DNA of 64,000 bases, taken from the NCBI GenBank assembly GCA_965235115.1, contig OZ249439.1, positions 18,228,001 through 18,292,000 of the forward strand. Direction: 5' to 3'. Made by a program: the position numbers and the translations under genes. This DNA is from Laetmonice hystrix. Lineage: Eukaryota. Every line of letters begins with the position of its first letter. Within the stretch, counting starts at the first letter, position 1. Positions 1 through 13,364 of this stretch are shown here, in pieces. The notes beneath the pieces are model-generated. The model ran no database searches. It saw nothing but the letters and a program-made list of their open reading frames with translations, and had not been told where the DNA came from.

Positions 1-113
1 GTCTCTGGTCATTTCTCTGTATGTTAATGGGTAGGAATACGTTGTGGTACCAGCACTTTGAACCACAGGTCAGACTCGAAGGTATGACCCCTTTGGTTAC
101 GTTCGTGAAATAA

Positions 114-1326
114 ATTGGTCAGCATGATTACAATGGTAGCATCGCACCATTCTGGTATTCCCCTCGTGAACACACCATGTGGGATGGACTGGTGAACACA
201 CCATGTGGGATGGACTGGTGTGGACAAGTTACCACTGTCCATGTTGTATTGGTCAGCATGATTACAATGGTAGCATCGCACCATTCTGGTATTCGCCTCG
301 TGAACACACTATGTGGGATGGACTGGTGTGGACGAGTTACCACTGTCCAGGTTGTATTGGTCAGCCTGATTACAATGGTAACATCGCACCATTCTGGTAT
401 TCGCCTCGTGAACACACCATGTGGGATGGACTGGTGTGGACAAGTTACCACTGTCTAGGTTGTATTGGTCAGCATGATTACAATGGTAACATCGCACCAT
501 TCTGGTATTCGCCTCGTGAACACACCATGTGGGATGGACTGGTGTGGACAAGTTACCACTGTCCAGGTTGTATTGGTCAGCATGATTACAATGGTAACAT
601 CGCACCATTCTGGTATTCCCCTCGTGAACACACTATGTGGGATGGACTGGTGTGGACGAGTTACCACTGTCCAGGTTGTATTGGTCAGCCTGATTACAAT
701 GGTAGCATCCACCATTCTGGTATTCCCCTCGTGAACACACTATGTGGGATGGACTGGTGTGGACAAGTTACCACTGTCCAGGTTGTATTGGTCAGCATGA
801 TTACAATGGTAACATCGCACCATTCTGGTATTCCCCTCGTGAACACACTATGTGGGATGGACTGGTGTGGACGAGTTACCACTGTCCAGGTTGTATTGGT
901 CAGCATGATTACAATGGTAACATCGCACCATTCTGGTATTCGCCCGTGAACACACTATGTGGGATGGACTGGTGTGGACAAGTTACCACTGTCCAGGTTG
1001 TATTGGTCAGCATGATTACAATGGTAACATCGCACCATTCTGGTATTCCCCTCGTGAACACACTATGTCGGATGGACTGGTGTGGACAAGTTACCACTGT
1101 CCAGGTTGTATTGGTCAGCATGATTACAATGGTAACATCGCACCATTCTGGTATACGCCTCGTGAACACACTATGTGGGATGGACTGGTGTGGACAAGTT
1201 ACCACTGTCTAGGTTGTATTGGTCAGCATGATTACAATGGTAGCATCCACCATTCTGGTATTCCCCTCGTGAACACACCATGTGGGATGGACTGGTGTGG
1301 ACAAGTTACCACTGTCCAGGTTGTAT
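114..1326. repeat. 108-bp minisatellite, about 11 copies
   Basis: TTGGTCAG recurs at 115, 249, 357, 465 and onward (period 108). The first copy carries an internal 26-bp duplication (166-217). There are 1-bp deletions near 709, 945 and 1247. This array explains all ORFs in 1-1330. Confidence 0.97.
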
Positions 1327-3071
1327 AGCGCATTACGTGATCATATGTAAGAGTCTATTAAATGAACCCACCCTGCTCCAGCATAACTACGTTAATCTGT
1401 CTTTGATGGCATGTGTTCTGATATTATCTTAGATTACTACTAAGGAACCTAACCAATGTGTGTTATTTACATTGTTTGAAGGCCTTGAATAGAACACAGA
1501 ACTGTTGTAATTCTTCCCTCTGATCGTTATGAGCGGCTGAGCCATAACGGACAGGTTCGCTCGTCTTCATTTTACTCGGCACTGCACTCTATGAAAATGG
1601 TTCTTGGTATAGTTTATCTAATTACAAACAAAAAAATCAAAGGATTGCTGTGTCGCTATAGCAAATTACCCACCATTAATCAATAGAGCAGGACGCCGTC
1701 CGTGACTCCTATTTTTGTCCATTACACCAGCTTGCCGCCACGCAGTGGGTTATGTCACCTGCTGAGTTTTCCTGCTCCTGTTCCCTACAGCTCATGCCTT
1801 TTTATATACCAGTTAATCTCACAGACCTCAGACCACATCGTTCTTCACAGCTTGAGATCTTACTAAATCATAAAGAGATACCGCATTCAAGATGTACCCT
1901 CTAATATAACACTTCCTGCTGTAGTTTTTGTCCAGAGTACGGTTACACAAACCTCAGGAACTATTAAAGTCACTATGCACCAATTGATACTCCTTAAAGT
2001 ATAATGAAGACGAGTGAACCTGTCTCACCACAGTAATTAAATACCGGACTACATACCACAAGTGATATTCTATGCGAACTACAGATATGCGTATGTATTT
2101 GTTCTCTACGATAGAACTGTATGCAGGTCTTGGTTAGACACAACCAACTCGTTCCCGCCAGTCAATGTGACTATCTTGGCTATCACAATGGTTTCCCTGT
2201 TTCCCTATCCCTTTCTCCATATCCTACCTCTACAACAAAATGTTAGGGTCAAACACTCTCAATGCGCTCAAACCACATTCTCGCAATATCTAATTTCTGA
2301 TAGGCCCTCACAGTTCACACCAAAAGCACTACATTTAGTCCGGTATTTATGCAATGACTTTATAAGTTAATACTTAGAAGTGGAGCATGTAGATCGCCAC
2401 ACCATCTCCTTCAGAGATCTGTGTCAGTTTCCTTCAAGGTCGGCCACCGAGTGGAGTGGATGTCAAACATCCCTGACACATGACAATGTTGATAATCCTA
2501 CCCACCACATCCTAATCCCCGCTAACCTGGAAAGTGGTCTCACCTCAGCTACATCTCCTTGACTTCTCCTCTGTGGCAGTAATTAGTGACCACAAGCTGA
2601 GGTCTTACCGCTGTCCCGTTACACATCGAGGTAATCTCCAAAGTATACACCAATTATCTGTGGATAATATAGTGCTGCTTTGGTGGAAAGAACCATACAT
2701 TAGATTTCAAAACCCTCTCGGTGTGAAATACTCAGCCGAGTGCTGATAATATCAACTACCGGTAAATTCATGACAGTCCCGGGTTTCGCAGTGAAGAGTC
2801 TGCAGCCTTCACTCATTTTCCTCCAATCCTTAAATCTACCTGCGACCAAGAAACCCTGATTGTACTGAGAACACATCCTAGCAACTCAACATCCATCAAA
2901 GACGACCTTCGCAAAAATCAAGTTTTTACCGAAATAATTCCCTGCGTCTCACCACAGTCATTAACTTTTGTGTTCCCGACTGAGACCTCTGGCACCTCGA
3001 GGCGTTCTTGCGGGTACCTTCTTGCGTATCATCCAATAATAATCATGTGTGATGCCAAACCATATCAGTGT

Positions 3072-3327
3072 ACTGCCGTGAAATGACAAAAGGAAGCAAG
3101 TCCAACTTTCATCAAAATCGACTTAAGTGTAAATTTGGATTCAGGGAAGTAAGTCCTATCTATCAATGGGTGTATTTCTGCTAAACATCCTTCTATAAAG
3201 CTATCAGTCACATGACAGAAGGAAGCATGCCCATCCAACTGCACTGTAGAGACAACTTGTTGTATAAATGTCCATTTCTTGAAACTTGAACTTTTGGACT
3301 TGCTTCCTTTTGTCATTTCACGGCAGT
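3072..3327. mobile_element. MITE with perfect 34-bp terminal inverted repeats, Tc1/mariner-like
   Basis: ACTGCCGTGAAATGACAAAAGGAAGCAAGTCCAA at 3072-3105 has an exact reverse complement at 3294-3327. A degenerate internal TIR copy lies at about 3212-3231. The right end reads CAGTG-TA. The TA duplication is imperfect on one side, so the superfamily is inferred. Confidence 0.85.
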
Positions 3328-3426
3328 GTATGTGTGTGTGTATTATAGGGCTGGCGGTCCTATTGGCCAGCTTGTTGAAACCCCATGCATAACGATGTAA
3401 GGTATCTCACAATGACCCCTGCCCAG

Positions 3427-3655
3427 GGGCCCGTTTCACCAACTAGTATAGAATTTATTCTATACTCGTTGGTTTCATCCTCGAAACATCCCCGATTTGG
3501 GGACATCCCCACTCAAAGTGTTCCACTAAAATGCCCTCCTTGGGGACATCCCCAATTCAGGCAATGTTAATTTCACGGCCATTTTAGTGAAACGGGATGT
3601 CTCTGAATCGTGGATGTCCCCACATGGGGATGTCCTCGCTTAGTGAAACGGGCCC
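3427..3655. mobile_element. PIF/Harbinger-like MITE
   Basis: TIR GGGCCCGTTTCAC...GTGAAACGGGCCC with a 3-bp direct repeat CAG at 3424-3426 and 3656-3658. Subterminal GGGGACATCCCC motifs occur in both orientations. A 3-bp TSD and GGGCC ends fit Harbinger. Confidence 0.85.
3439..3472. mobile_element. 34-bp hairpin insertion nested in the Harbinger-like MITE
   Basis: 16-bp arms CCAACTAGTATAGAAT / ATTCTATACTCGTTGG (1 mismatch) with a 2-nt loop, flanked by TTTCA on both sides (3434-3438, 3473-3477). Removing it restores the longer alignment between the two MITE ends. Confidence 0.75.
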
Positions 3656-5358
3656 CAGAGTCCATTTTCATGCTACAGAGCACATTTCCAAGGTTGTCAC
3701 TCACTACTCAGCAGCCCCTTTCTTGTGGAAATGCGTACTATTGAATGAGTTTCGATAAAAGCACATGGAGGTATATGATACAATTTCGTGCACGCTTCAC
3801 CCCACCTTTTTGTATAGGTCCAATGCTTTAGGTAGCCACTCACATAAATATCACATAAGGCGTATAATTAACTTTACACAGGTGGCGGTGGGCCTCTCAC
3901 ACCTCTCATTAAAACACCTATCAGCCAGGTGTGCACAAGGGATACCGAGATCACACCTGGTTTGGCAGATGCGTAATCAGCTTTGCTGCAGCCTCACTGA
4001 TGGTTTTTAGGTTCCCCTACCTTCTGACCCACGCTTGAATTCATCTGTCACCTCAATACTGTATAAGAGCTGTAATAATAACCCTGAGGTCGTTAAATCA
4101 TGAGGCACATAGAGCAGACAGCACCAAGCAAACCCAACAAATTTTATGAGCTTCTAATGACTTTTTGAAAACCTCAACTTCAATGGACACAAACAACGTG
4201 AAAATGCTCTTTCTATACAATTTCTTTCACAGTAGCCTTTCCATCCCCTCCCTATACCTAACCTAGAGTGGGAGAGTAAGTTCCTCGGAACCCTTCTACT
4301 TGACCTTAACAGACCTACCTCCATGCACCCCCTCTGTACCCTATATTGTACTCGTGACTGAAAATTCTAAAGGAGTTCGGTTTGACATGCTACACGACAT
4401 AATCCTTTTTTCTCGGTGACGTGCATGCCTGGTGACCATGAGAACCTGACCACTTACGTACAAGCTGTTTCAGCCAAGTGTCTTTGTTCCCCATAACAGG
4501 TGCTCAGTTGACTCGGAGACATCAACTGACAAGGTTAACCTACTTGTTCTAATTTGCACTAGAATTTCCATTGAAACTTCACACCTTCTTCACAGTTTCT
4601 CGTTCACGTTAGAAAGGCCTAAAATTCTTGCTGACACCTTCTTTCAGCAAATCTTGAAAGACATTTGAGAAAACTAGGGGAAAGGTTACCAAGATCAGAG
4701 GTGAAGAGGTTATCAAGAAGGCACTGACATATAATGGCCGGAATTATTAACCTCTTCCATCAACTCCTGTCTGGATTCAGCCTCAGTGAAGGGCCCGGCT
4801 GAAAGCTCTCCAATACGTCATGTGTTACCAGCCCTGCTGAAAGGATGTGGGGCGGGAACCCTTCAGTGAGTCATAGGGTGCTAAAAACGGCTCGCGTATG
4901 TCAACCTGACCACATTAATCAAGTGCTTGAAAAAGGAGATCGGTTCTTTTCACCAACAGTCACCTCAGGGTACTTACCATGCTTTTAAAAAAATACTTTG
5001 ACACATCATGCGGGTCGGGTATCTGTATCAGGGTATCTTGGAATAGGGTATCTGCTGAACTGTGGAATACTTAACATTTAAATCTAATTTCATTCCGTAA
5101 GTAAAACGGGGCTGATTGGAAAAGGAATGGACGTATCATTATCAGGCCTATTATAAAGTGATATCTGACAGTTGTATTAAATGGCGATTGTCACTTTCAT
5201 GAAACCCGACTGAGGCATCTGCAATTACATTTCTATACCCTTAAACTCTTGAGCCTTGGAAATGCAATCTTGCCGCCAGAAAACCACAATAATGAATGAT
5301 TTTTTTATTACTTCCATTTAATCAAGCTTCGCCCCATCGCCGTGGTACTTTCTCACCC

Positions 5359-5902
5359 TAGTTAACGATGCCATCTCGGGGTGGGTTGACTAGTTAACGA
5401 TGCCATCTCGGGGTGGGTTGACTAGTTAACGATGCCATCTCGGGGTGGGTCGACTAGTTAACGATGCCATCTCGGGGTGGGTCGACTAGTTAACGATGCC
5501 ATCTCGGGCTGGGTTGACTAGTTAACGATGCCATCTCGGGCTGGGTTGACTAGTTAACGATGCCATCTCGGGTTGGGTTGACTAGTTAACGATGCCATCT
5601 CGGGGTGGGTCGACTAGTTAACGATGCCACCTCGGGGTGGGTTGACTAGTTAACGATGCCATCTCGGGGTGGGTTGACTAGTTAACGATGCCATCTCGGG
5701 TTGGGTTGACTAGTTAACGATGCCATCTCGGGCTGGGTTGACTAGTTAACGATGCCATCTCGGGGTGGGTTGACTAGTTAACGATGCCATCTCGGGGTGG
5801 GTTGACTAGTTAACGATGCCATCTCGGGGTGGGTTGACTAGTTAACGATGCCATCTCGGGTTGGGTTGACTAGTTAACGATGCCATCTCGGGCTGGGTTG
5901 AC
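5359..5902. repeat. 32-bp minisatellite, 17 copies
   Basis: Unit TAGTTAACGATGCCATCTCGGG(G/C/T)TGGGT(T/C)GAC; 544 bp = 17 x 32. Confidence 0.98.
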
Positions 5903-6604
5903 GGTGGTTTACCAGCCCTCAGTTCGTGATGGGTGAGTGGCTGACCTACAGACAGGGGACGTGTGTGACATTAGTAGACTGATGGAGCGTGAAATATGTC
6001 ACTCCGTCATCCGACAGGTGGCAGCCCCAGTATGTAATAGCAGGTTGTAGTAATCTCAACTGGAGCAGTGCCCACTCGATCTGAACGGGTCAACCTGGAG
6101 GTGTCCGGCTCCGCTTTGACCGTGGACGGGAATTTTCTTCCTAAAACGCTAACCTTATATAGGACCAGACGTGGAAACGTAGGGACAGCGCTGAAAGCCA
6201 GGAGATGTTGGTCGTCAAACACTCCCACAACTGGTCCCTTGTGTATTGTGTGACCTACCGAGGAGGGTCACCGACAAAAAACTCTCCTGGGGTCGGCCTC
6301 ATCAGGGTGAAATCACGACGCCAGAGGGCGTCACTGACAGCTAACTGACTGTAAATGGCAATGATACTCAGTATGACATTTACACCACTTGAAAAAAAAT
6401 GGGCGTTCCTTCGGGGAGATTAGAGACAAACTTATCACAAACTCACATGTAGATATATGTCATCGGAGAGAGAAGGTAAAGAGTGTCCAGGCTTTCGTTC
6501 TGGGTGTTCTCGACAGTTAGACATTAATCATAGCTGTCAGAGCTGATTTTAAAAGCTCAGGTTGTTTTTCATTTAGCACTTTAGGCCTTGGCGCACTATA
6601 ACCT

Positions 6605-6763
6605 GACGTCTCAATGTATGACCTCCAACATTGGCGCTCTGCTCGGTTCTAACATCCGACGTCTCAATGTATGACCTCCAACATTGGCGCTCTGCTCGGT
6701 TCTAACATCCGACGTCTCAATGTATGACCTCCAACATTGGCGCTCTGCTCGGTTCTAACATCC
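6605..6763. repeat. 53-bp tandem repeat, 3 identical copies
   Basis: GACGTCTCAATG starts at 6605, 6658 and 6711. Confidence 0.97.
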
Positions 6764-9243
6764 AAGGTCGTTACTATCAGCCTCTATCCCAATCTGACAT
6801 GTGGTTTTCATACACTGCACATACCAGATATAAATGAGAAGTCATACCAAGCCAACTCCGCCCCCTCCCAACATGGTGATATGGGCCCAGTAAAGCGCTA
6901 ATGAGTTGCCAGGATATTCAAACAGTCGGAGCACGTAAAGTGCGATATGTCTAAACAACGATGGTGTAAACCAGAGCAATAACTTGCCCTCTGTTCAGGC
7001 ATGGTTTACTAGAACCTAACATGGTTATCATTAATCACGACAAAACTATCCGGAACGTTTCATACAACACGTCCACATAGGCTGACACCCTTCACGCTAA
7101 CACAACCCGATTTACTTCCAAGTCATTCCGGCAGGGCACCTTTTTTCATTCTTTGATTTATGCTTTTCCCATGAGTGGACAATTCAAAAGTTAGCAATAC
7201 ATTGTTGGTGACATGCCAATGATTAAACAGCCGACCGTCTCCTCCTTGCTCCCCGGCCGTCTATCTACAACAAACCACTCCGAGATCAGGTACATAAATC
7301 ACGGAAGGATTCCGCACCTCCTGCCAAAAAAAGGCCTGTTTATTTTCGCAAATGTAAATAAACCTGACGTTCTGGCAAACATCAAATGAATTTATTGCTA
7401 CATACATTGTGCTGGGGGAATTAAGTCTGCTCCAAACCCGCCAGAGGTCGACCCTATGGGGTCGGCTTACTCGTGTAAGTCAAGGTATGTTAGGTGTACG
7501 TAAAGAAAAGTAACAGCTTACAATTTGTCCCTCAGGTGTAGATTCTTGCTGATAAGAACATTACTTTATCAAACTATCAGTCTATTGGATGTTTTAAAGT
7601 CTTACAAAAAATACAACGTACTGAATATGATTCAAGGGAATACAAACACATGAATACAGCCAAAAATAGAATTTGTTTCGGCGAAGAGGATACACATGTA
7701 TCAAATCATTGAATGTTAGTATTTTTATAATTTCAGTTTTTTTAAATGCCAGGGGCATACCAATGATCCATTCAAGTATTATGTGCAATTTAAGGACCCT
7801 GCGACTGTTTGCCTTGAAAATAAGAGTTACTGGTTCCACAGATTCAATGAAACCACGAGTTCAACTTTGCGGAAAGCTACAATCCTTTGATCGCAACTCC
7901 TTATAAATCATTTTGTTGACTGTCATCTGTTTGAAAGTTATCACGACAAACATCTGATTACTAAGCCATACAGAACCACAGCGCAAGTCTAAACCTGGTT
8001 CTGATCCCAAACATTGTGCTGGGGCCCGATCGAATCAACACGTCTTTCTAAATCCTCTACACTAAATATTATGGACACTTTACTTGTATTGCACACAGCT
8101 AATTAATGGTCCAATTTTAAGAGCCTCCTACAGAACTTAAATGTTATTACCCCGGCACCGCTAATGTTCATGCAGGGCACGAGGGCCCGTTATGTACATA
8201 CTATAAAATACACTATCATCAAATAGTTGTTTGTGAGGTGTAAATCAGCCATTCAAAATCTTACACCTAACGCTGGATGGTTTGTATGGAATAAGACACG
8301 TGCAGAACTTTGGGAACTTGGTGCAGGTTCAATATTAACTCATTTTACAATGTCTGAGATACCATGTCAAGCACTGATCCCTCATTCAACAGCGTAGGTG
8401 CGTTGTATCAACATGTGCCGTAATATATTATTACAAGCGTCACGTACACAAATCTGAAGATGAAGAAGAACCTAGAATAAAATACAAAAACGATGAAAAC
8501 TAAAAAGCACTTCAGTTCTGAGAATTTTTAACAACAATTTTGATTTGGCAGTTCAGTGAATCCTGAAAATCCAGGACACTGATTCCTAATACCATACCAT
8601 CTATCTTATCTACCATTATCTTTTTAGCAACAAGGCATGTCAACAAAATATCCTATTCTCGGAGGTACGCGTTTACATAACTCATAACACTAACAACATT
8701 CTGTGAAAGTGTTTAGTCTACTACTGTGCATACCTTGACCTGACCTTGTTTCAAGGTCAAACTTCAGGGCCACTTTCTTTCTAACAGGAGGCAGACACGA
8801 GGAGCCCCAAAGGTCCCGTAAACCCTTGAGGGAAACCGGCTGCACACTCAAGGGTCCGATCCTGTTTACTCTCGGGCTCTTGAGTACAATCATGTTGCAA
8901 TAGAGCAAAGTTAGCATTCATGAGACTTTGGTGTGTCTTCAGTCCTATGTCCTACCTTCCGTCTTCATTCTCATCATGTCCAACAATCAATAGAACTTTG
9001 ACCCAATACAATATACGGACTCCTGACCCACTTCTTACAACCGTTAAATCCCCTCTGACTCAATGTTGTGTTCAAGTGGTCAGAGTTCGAGACGTGGCCC
9101 CTACCGGTCGGAAATACAGTAAAACAAGGACGGCCAACTAAGTGTATATGTACCTGGGGATGACCTCAATCACAACATGTTGTGGACGGCTATAATTCAT
9201 GCCCATAATCAGTGACTTGGTGACAGTGGAGTCCATCTCTTAC

Positions 9244-9318
9244 CTCCAGGTTCATGGACCTGGCGCAGGGTTCAAACTCTTTTATGCAAGCGTCAACACA
9301 CTCAGATTCAAATACAGA
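9244..9318 (-). CDS. Candidate 75-nt internal coding exon (SVFESECVDACIKEFEPCARSMNLE)
   Basis: Strong acceptor TCTTTTTCTCTGCAG and strong donor GAG|GTAAGA. Open in phase 0-0. No family recognised. Confidence 0.45.
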
Positions 9319-9967
9319 CTGCAGAGAAAAAGACCCAATTTCAGCGGGTCAAGTCAAGGGAAGCGCATGGGGAGAGGTTAATTAGCTATCACCAAAAACA
9401 GCCTCTTCTGTTCCTGCCATACTACAGGTGGACCGGTCCCAAGGTGACAGTCCACAAAGAGTCTCCCTGGGGATGGCGGCTGCGTCCCAAGGCTCCTGTC
9501 TCTGAACGGGGTGGAAGTCAACAAAGAGATGGACGAGCTTAAAGTATTATGACGGATTTAGGCCGCAATCCCCTTCGGCGGTCATTTAAAAACGGCTGGG
9601 GAGTGCTGAGCCACATGGTCAGTCATGGCGTGCTGTCAAAGGCTGATTGGCATGCCATGTATCCAGGCCGTTTTTAGTTTAAATACGTCTGAGTACATTT
9701 GGAAGTAAGAACTTGTTCGGGTGTACAAGATATATACGGGTGACACAAATCTCTCTTCATAGCGATTTAATCAACCATTGGGAATCTGAGTGATACACTA
9801 CAAGAAATTCCCAGAAAATGCATCCACAACAGTTATTTCCACGACACGGAAACCCTAAGGAGGGAGCTCATCCCGCTACGGCTTTTTTTGTCAAACTTGT
9901 ACGTGCTCAAGGACAACGTTCATTGCATCTAAATAGTCTGGAATGAAAATAACCGCAGAGTTCAGTA

Positions 9968-10011
9968 CAGCTTGAAGAATTCAACCTTCAGCTTGAAGAA
10001 TTCAACCTTCA
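9968..10011. repeat. 21-bp tandem duplication
   Basis: CAGCTTGAAGAATTCAACCTT x2. Confidence 0.9.
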
Positions 10012-10219
10012 AAGCGCGGTTTCTCTCTGAGTGGTATTTTCCCTGCGGGCCCTTACCGAGGCGTTGTGACAGGTGGTCAAAACTATACACCCAACTGATG
10101 AAACCCACACAGCAAGGACTGACCAGTTGATACTCAAAGAGCCACTCACCCTACAACCACTTTCTTTATCCCAGTAACAATTACTAACTGATCTTCTTTG
10201 ATGTTATCTTCCCCAAAAG

Positions 10220-10340
10220 TGGGTAATCCCCACCTCCCATTTGACAAAGATACCGCACGGCGTTATGTAAGGTGGCTCTCATGGAGTTATAAAGACGGTG
10301 CCCAGTTGGACACCATCGAGTGGCTCCTCCAAACGGCCAG
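10220..10340 (+). CDS. Candidate 121-nt exon (GNPHLPFDKDTARRYVRWLSWSYKDGAQLDTIEWLLQTA)
   Basis: Pyrimidine-rich acceptor ending AAAG, donor CAG|GTAATT, one open frame. No phase-compatible neighbouring exon established. Confidence 0.3.
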
Positions 10341-10917
10341 GTAATTAGTCAGAGGAACGCTCGTTAGCAATGATACCCAGGATGATTCACGTAATTTATT
10401 GCCTCACAACTTTCAACACGCTCTGATTTCAGATTATCGCACAAAACTGGACCTCCATAAAACATACTGCTCAGGTACATTGGAGGGCCATAAGTTACGC
10501 AGGGGGATATTTCATCTTGCACTGTTGAGCACAACACCATGCTGCATTAACAATAAGCTAACGAACTTTATTACCTGACATGTATTTTACTGCAGGCCTA
10601 TATATATGGCTATTATGGCGGTTTCTCTTTGAGTTCAAAGAACGATCAAAAGGTCCCATTCCAATTGCCAGCTTATACTGCAATAAGGCCAAAATTCTTA
10701 ATCCTTTGAATTCAAGGGGACGTTTTCAAAAGAACTTCCGTCATACCAATACATGTGAACTAATTCAATCAAAACGTAAAAAGACACATAATGGTTAAGC
10801 GTAGATTGATATTACTTTGACGGAGAGATCTTCAAGGCCGATTCTAAGTTTTGTTTTCTAACGTAATACAACTAAAATGTATAGCGACATATTTCTAGCT
10901 GGGCCCTGGTACACATG

Positions 10918-11013
10918 TATTTGATACCTGTTGGTCGTCCCGGACCAGCCTAAGGTGAGGTAGGTATTTGATACCTGTTGGTCGTCCCGGACCAGCCTAG
11001 GGTGAGGTAGGTA
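10918..11013. repeat. 47-bp tandem duplication
   Basis: TATTTGATACCTGTTGGTCGTCCCGGACCAGCC starts at 10918 and 10965. Confidence 0.95.
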
Positions 11014-12121
11014 AACGAGCCCCCCCTCCCCTCGGCTTCCCGCCACGCCCGCCGAGGGGAATGTTCTTGGTGACCCCCGACTGGCTGCTAGCCCCACCCA
11101 GTCACCAGGTGGGGTGTGTTGGGGGACTACCCTCACATTAACACAACGGTTCTCTGCCGTCATTTGATACGGTTAGACCCCACCGGCCGGGTCCACATTT
11201 CACTATCACACCCGTGCTCTACTATGGTTCCTTTGTTGATAATTAACAGTGTGACCCCGAGTATACGTCTTGGTTTTACACTCAGGGACCCGCTATGTGC
11301 TCTACTTGACTCTCAATCACCGTTTATACACACTCTTACGTGTGTTCACTGTGTCATGGCTGATTACGGTGGCTCGATTCGTTCACACTGAACGCAACAT
11401 TAGAGGAACGCTGTCCAATCCGATACTAGCGGTTTCAACTTTCTGGCGTTTGCCGTTAAAAACGAGCCTGCTCTAGAGTCTGCTCGGGAGTCTAGATATA
11501 TACCAAACGAGGGGGTGGCACATTTTTATGGCCCAAAACTCCGATTTATTTACAACCTTTTTTCGTTGACCGTCATCAACCACAATTGCTTTGCTAAAAT
11601 CCGCTGCCACGACCTGCCCTTCCTCCACTAAACCACACCTGCGAGGACTCCTTAAGGGGTATAAATGACCGCCCGACGGCTCCTTAACGGGCGGGGGTTG
11701 GCCTTTGTTAGAACCAACGTCAGGTATTGTAGAGGACGGTTTAAGGGTGGTAACAAACAAACCGAACCTTGGGTCGTCCAGGGAGGCGGGCCGTTCAAAT
11801 CGGTGAGGACCAGCTTATAGCGGCCGTCCATATGGTCTCCTATCACGCCCCCCCCCCCTCACAACGGCCGGCCATGTTATCACAAACTGAACTGATCTGA
11901 TGGCCTGTCAGATTTACCTGTCGTCATGCAGGTTAATGTCGGGGCCGAGTCTCAGCTCGGGTTGGTCAGCAGTGGGTCAGCAGTGGATCTATGTCCTACT
12001 CCTGCCTATCGTCCCCTACAGGGGTCTCTCTCTCTCTCTCGTATCTCATTGTTGATCACATGATGTGATGAAGAAGAGAAGATTGACAAGGTCACAAGTG
12101 GGTGTAGAAGATGTTTCTTAC

Positions 12122-12154
12122 CTTGGTGCCGTTCCAACTATCACGTACATGATG
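12122..12154 (-). CDS. Candidate 33-nt microexon
   Basis: CTACAG|...AAG|GTAAGA. Open in two phases. The pyrimidine tract is weak. Confidence 0.2.
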
Positions 12155-12921
12155 CTGTAGACGTTTTAGACTAAAATCTCCGTGTTTGTTCCGGAGCCGG
12201 TAGTGCTCCACATGAAGCCCCCTCCCTGAGGCAGTCAACTCCGGTGGTGTCAAGGTCCCTTACTGATGTCATCAGACTTCACTCTGGTCGTTCTCCAGAT
12301 CTTTGATGAAATTGTAAATAAAGTTTCCACCTTTCCTACGAGTGCTTCCTCTCTTCACTGATCATCCCTGGTATAAGGGTCCCCTGTCAACACCTGTGGC
12401 GGGCAGATGTGTCAGCCACCTCCTCAGCATCTGAACTGTTGTTCTACACGATACGCACACACTTCACACGTGCGTCGAGGTTCATGCATGTGCAGCGGAC
12501 TGTAGTGGTGTGCGGTATGGCCCAGCCACTGCCTTCCCTGATAACGTGCACGCACGCTCCGCGCGGTCAACCGGGGAACTACCACTGCCGACCACGGCCT
12601 GGGACTTGGGGGAAACCACCAACAATGGCCCCAGCGAGCCTCTCTCTGGCCGGCCGCCTGGGTCAGTGTCAGTGGTGGCCCCCCACCCCACAACGTCTCA
12701 ACCACAGATAAAGGCTGTCTGTAAGGGCGGCAGTGGAGGATGACAGACCCCGTTTTGTGCCGTGAGCTGGGGTTAACAGGGAGGGGACAGTGACCAGCTC
12801 CGCTTGATTGAGTTCTCACGGACAACACACAGCGGCCATTTGTTAGTGAGGTCCGATATCAGACACCGGGTCCTACTGGGAACACAGGGTCCAGAGACAG
12901 GCAGGGCTCATCATCTCAGTC

Positions 12922-13003
12922 TCATCCTCCAGGGAGTAATAAGACCTCAGGAATGTCCGTAATGAAGAGTTTCAGTACAAAAGGCTTTCTTCGCACTCTA
13001 GAC
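12922..13003 (-). CDS. Possible second coding exon of a short secreted peptide (SRVRRKPFVLKLFITDIPEVLLLPGG*)
   Basis: TTGGCAG acceptor (weak tract). Phase matches the 13365 donor. TGA at 12924-12922. Confidence 0.2.
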
Positions 13004-13364
13004 CTGCCAACGGTCCACATCTAAATATATGATATCAAAGTTCGTCTATTCTGTTTCCCCCTTCAAGAAATCAAAAGATAATTCAAATCAGGTCTTCGTC
13101 AAAATAAGATTCGCGTCAGAAATCGCTGTCTGAATACCACCGATGTTTGGAGCTAGGGGCCAATGCATTTTAAAAGAAGAAAAGGCAAAAGGAATTGAAT
13201 ATATGGGACCTACTAACGTCACCAATGTGAAACAAGAATACGTTGGGATTTAATTACATCGCTAAACATATTGCAGAAATTAATCCTAAGAATACCATAC
13301 CCTCTTCGAAGATAAGCAACAAATGTTTACATGGCTTTGACTTGTTTGGGGCCAGGTATTTTAC

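Noticed and set aside
179-949. 256-aa ORF and overlapping ORFs in the 108-bp (36-codon) repeat
   Set aside because: Several frames on both strands are open. The array tolerates 1-bp deletions and a 26-bp duplication, so there is no frame constraint.
8920-9381. Plus-strand frame resembling a degenerate CUB domain (PIIS...GFKLFY) with two TAA stops
   Set aside because: It is antisense to a much better supported minus-strand exon (9244-9318), has wrong motif spacing and contains stops. Likely pareidolia.
9587-9676. 10-bp inverted repeat TAAAAACGGC
   Set aside because: Short, with no target duplication.
12240-12830. GC-rich stretch with in-frame TGA, considered as a selenoprotein exon
   Set aside because: No similarity to selenoprotein families I know and no SECIS seen; all frames look equally protein-like.
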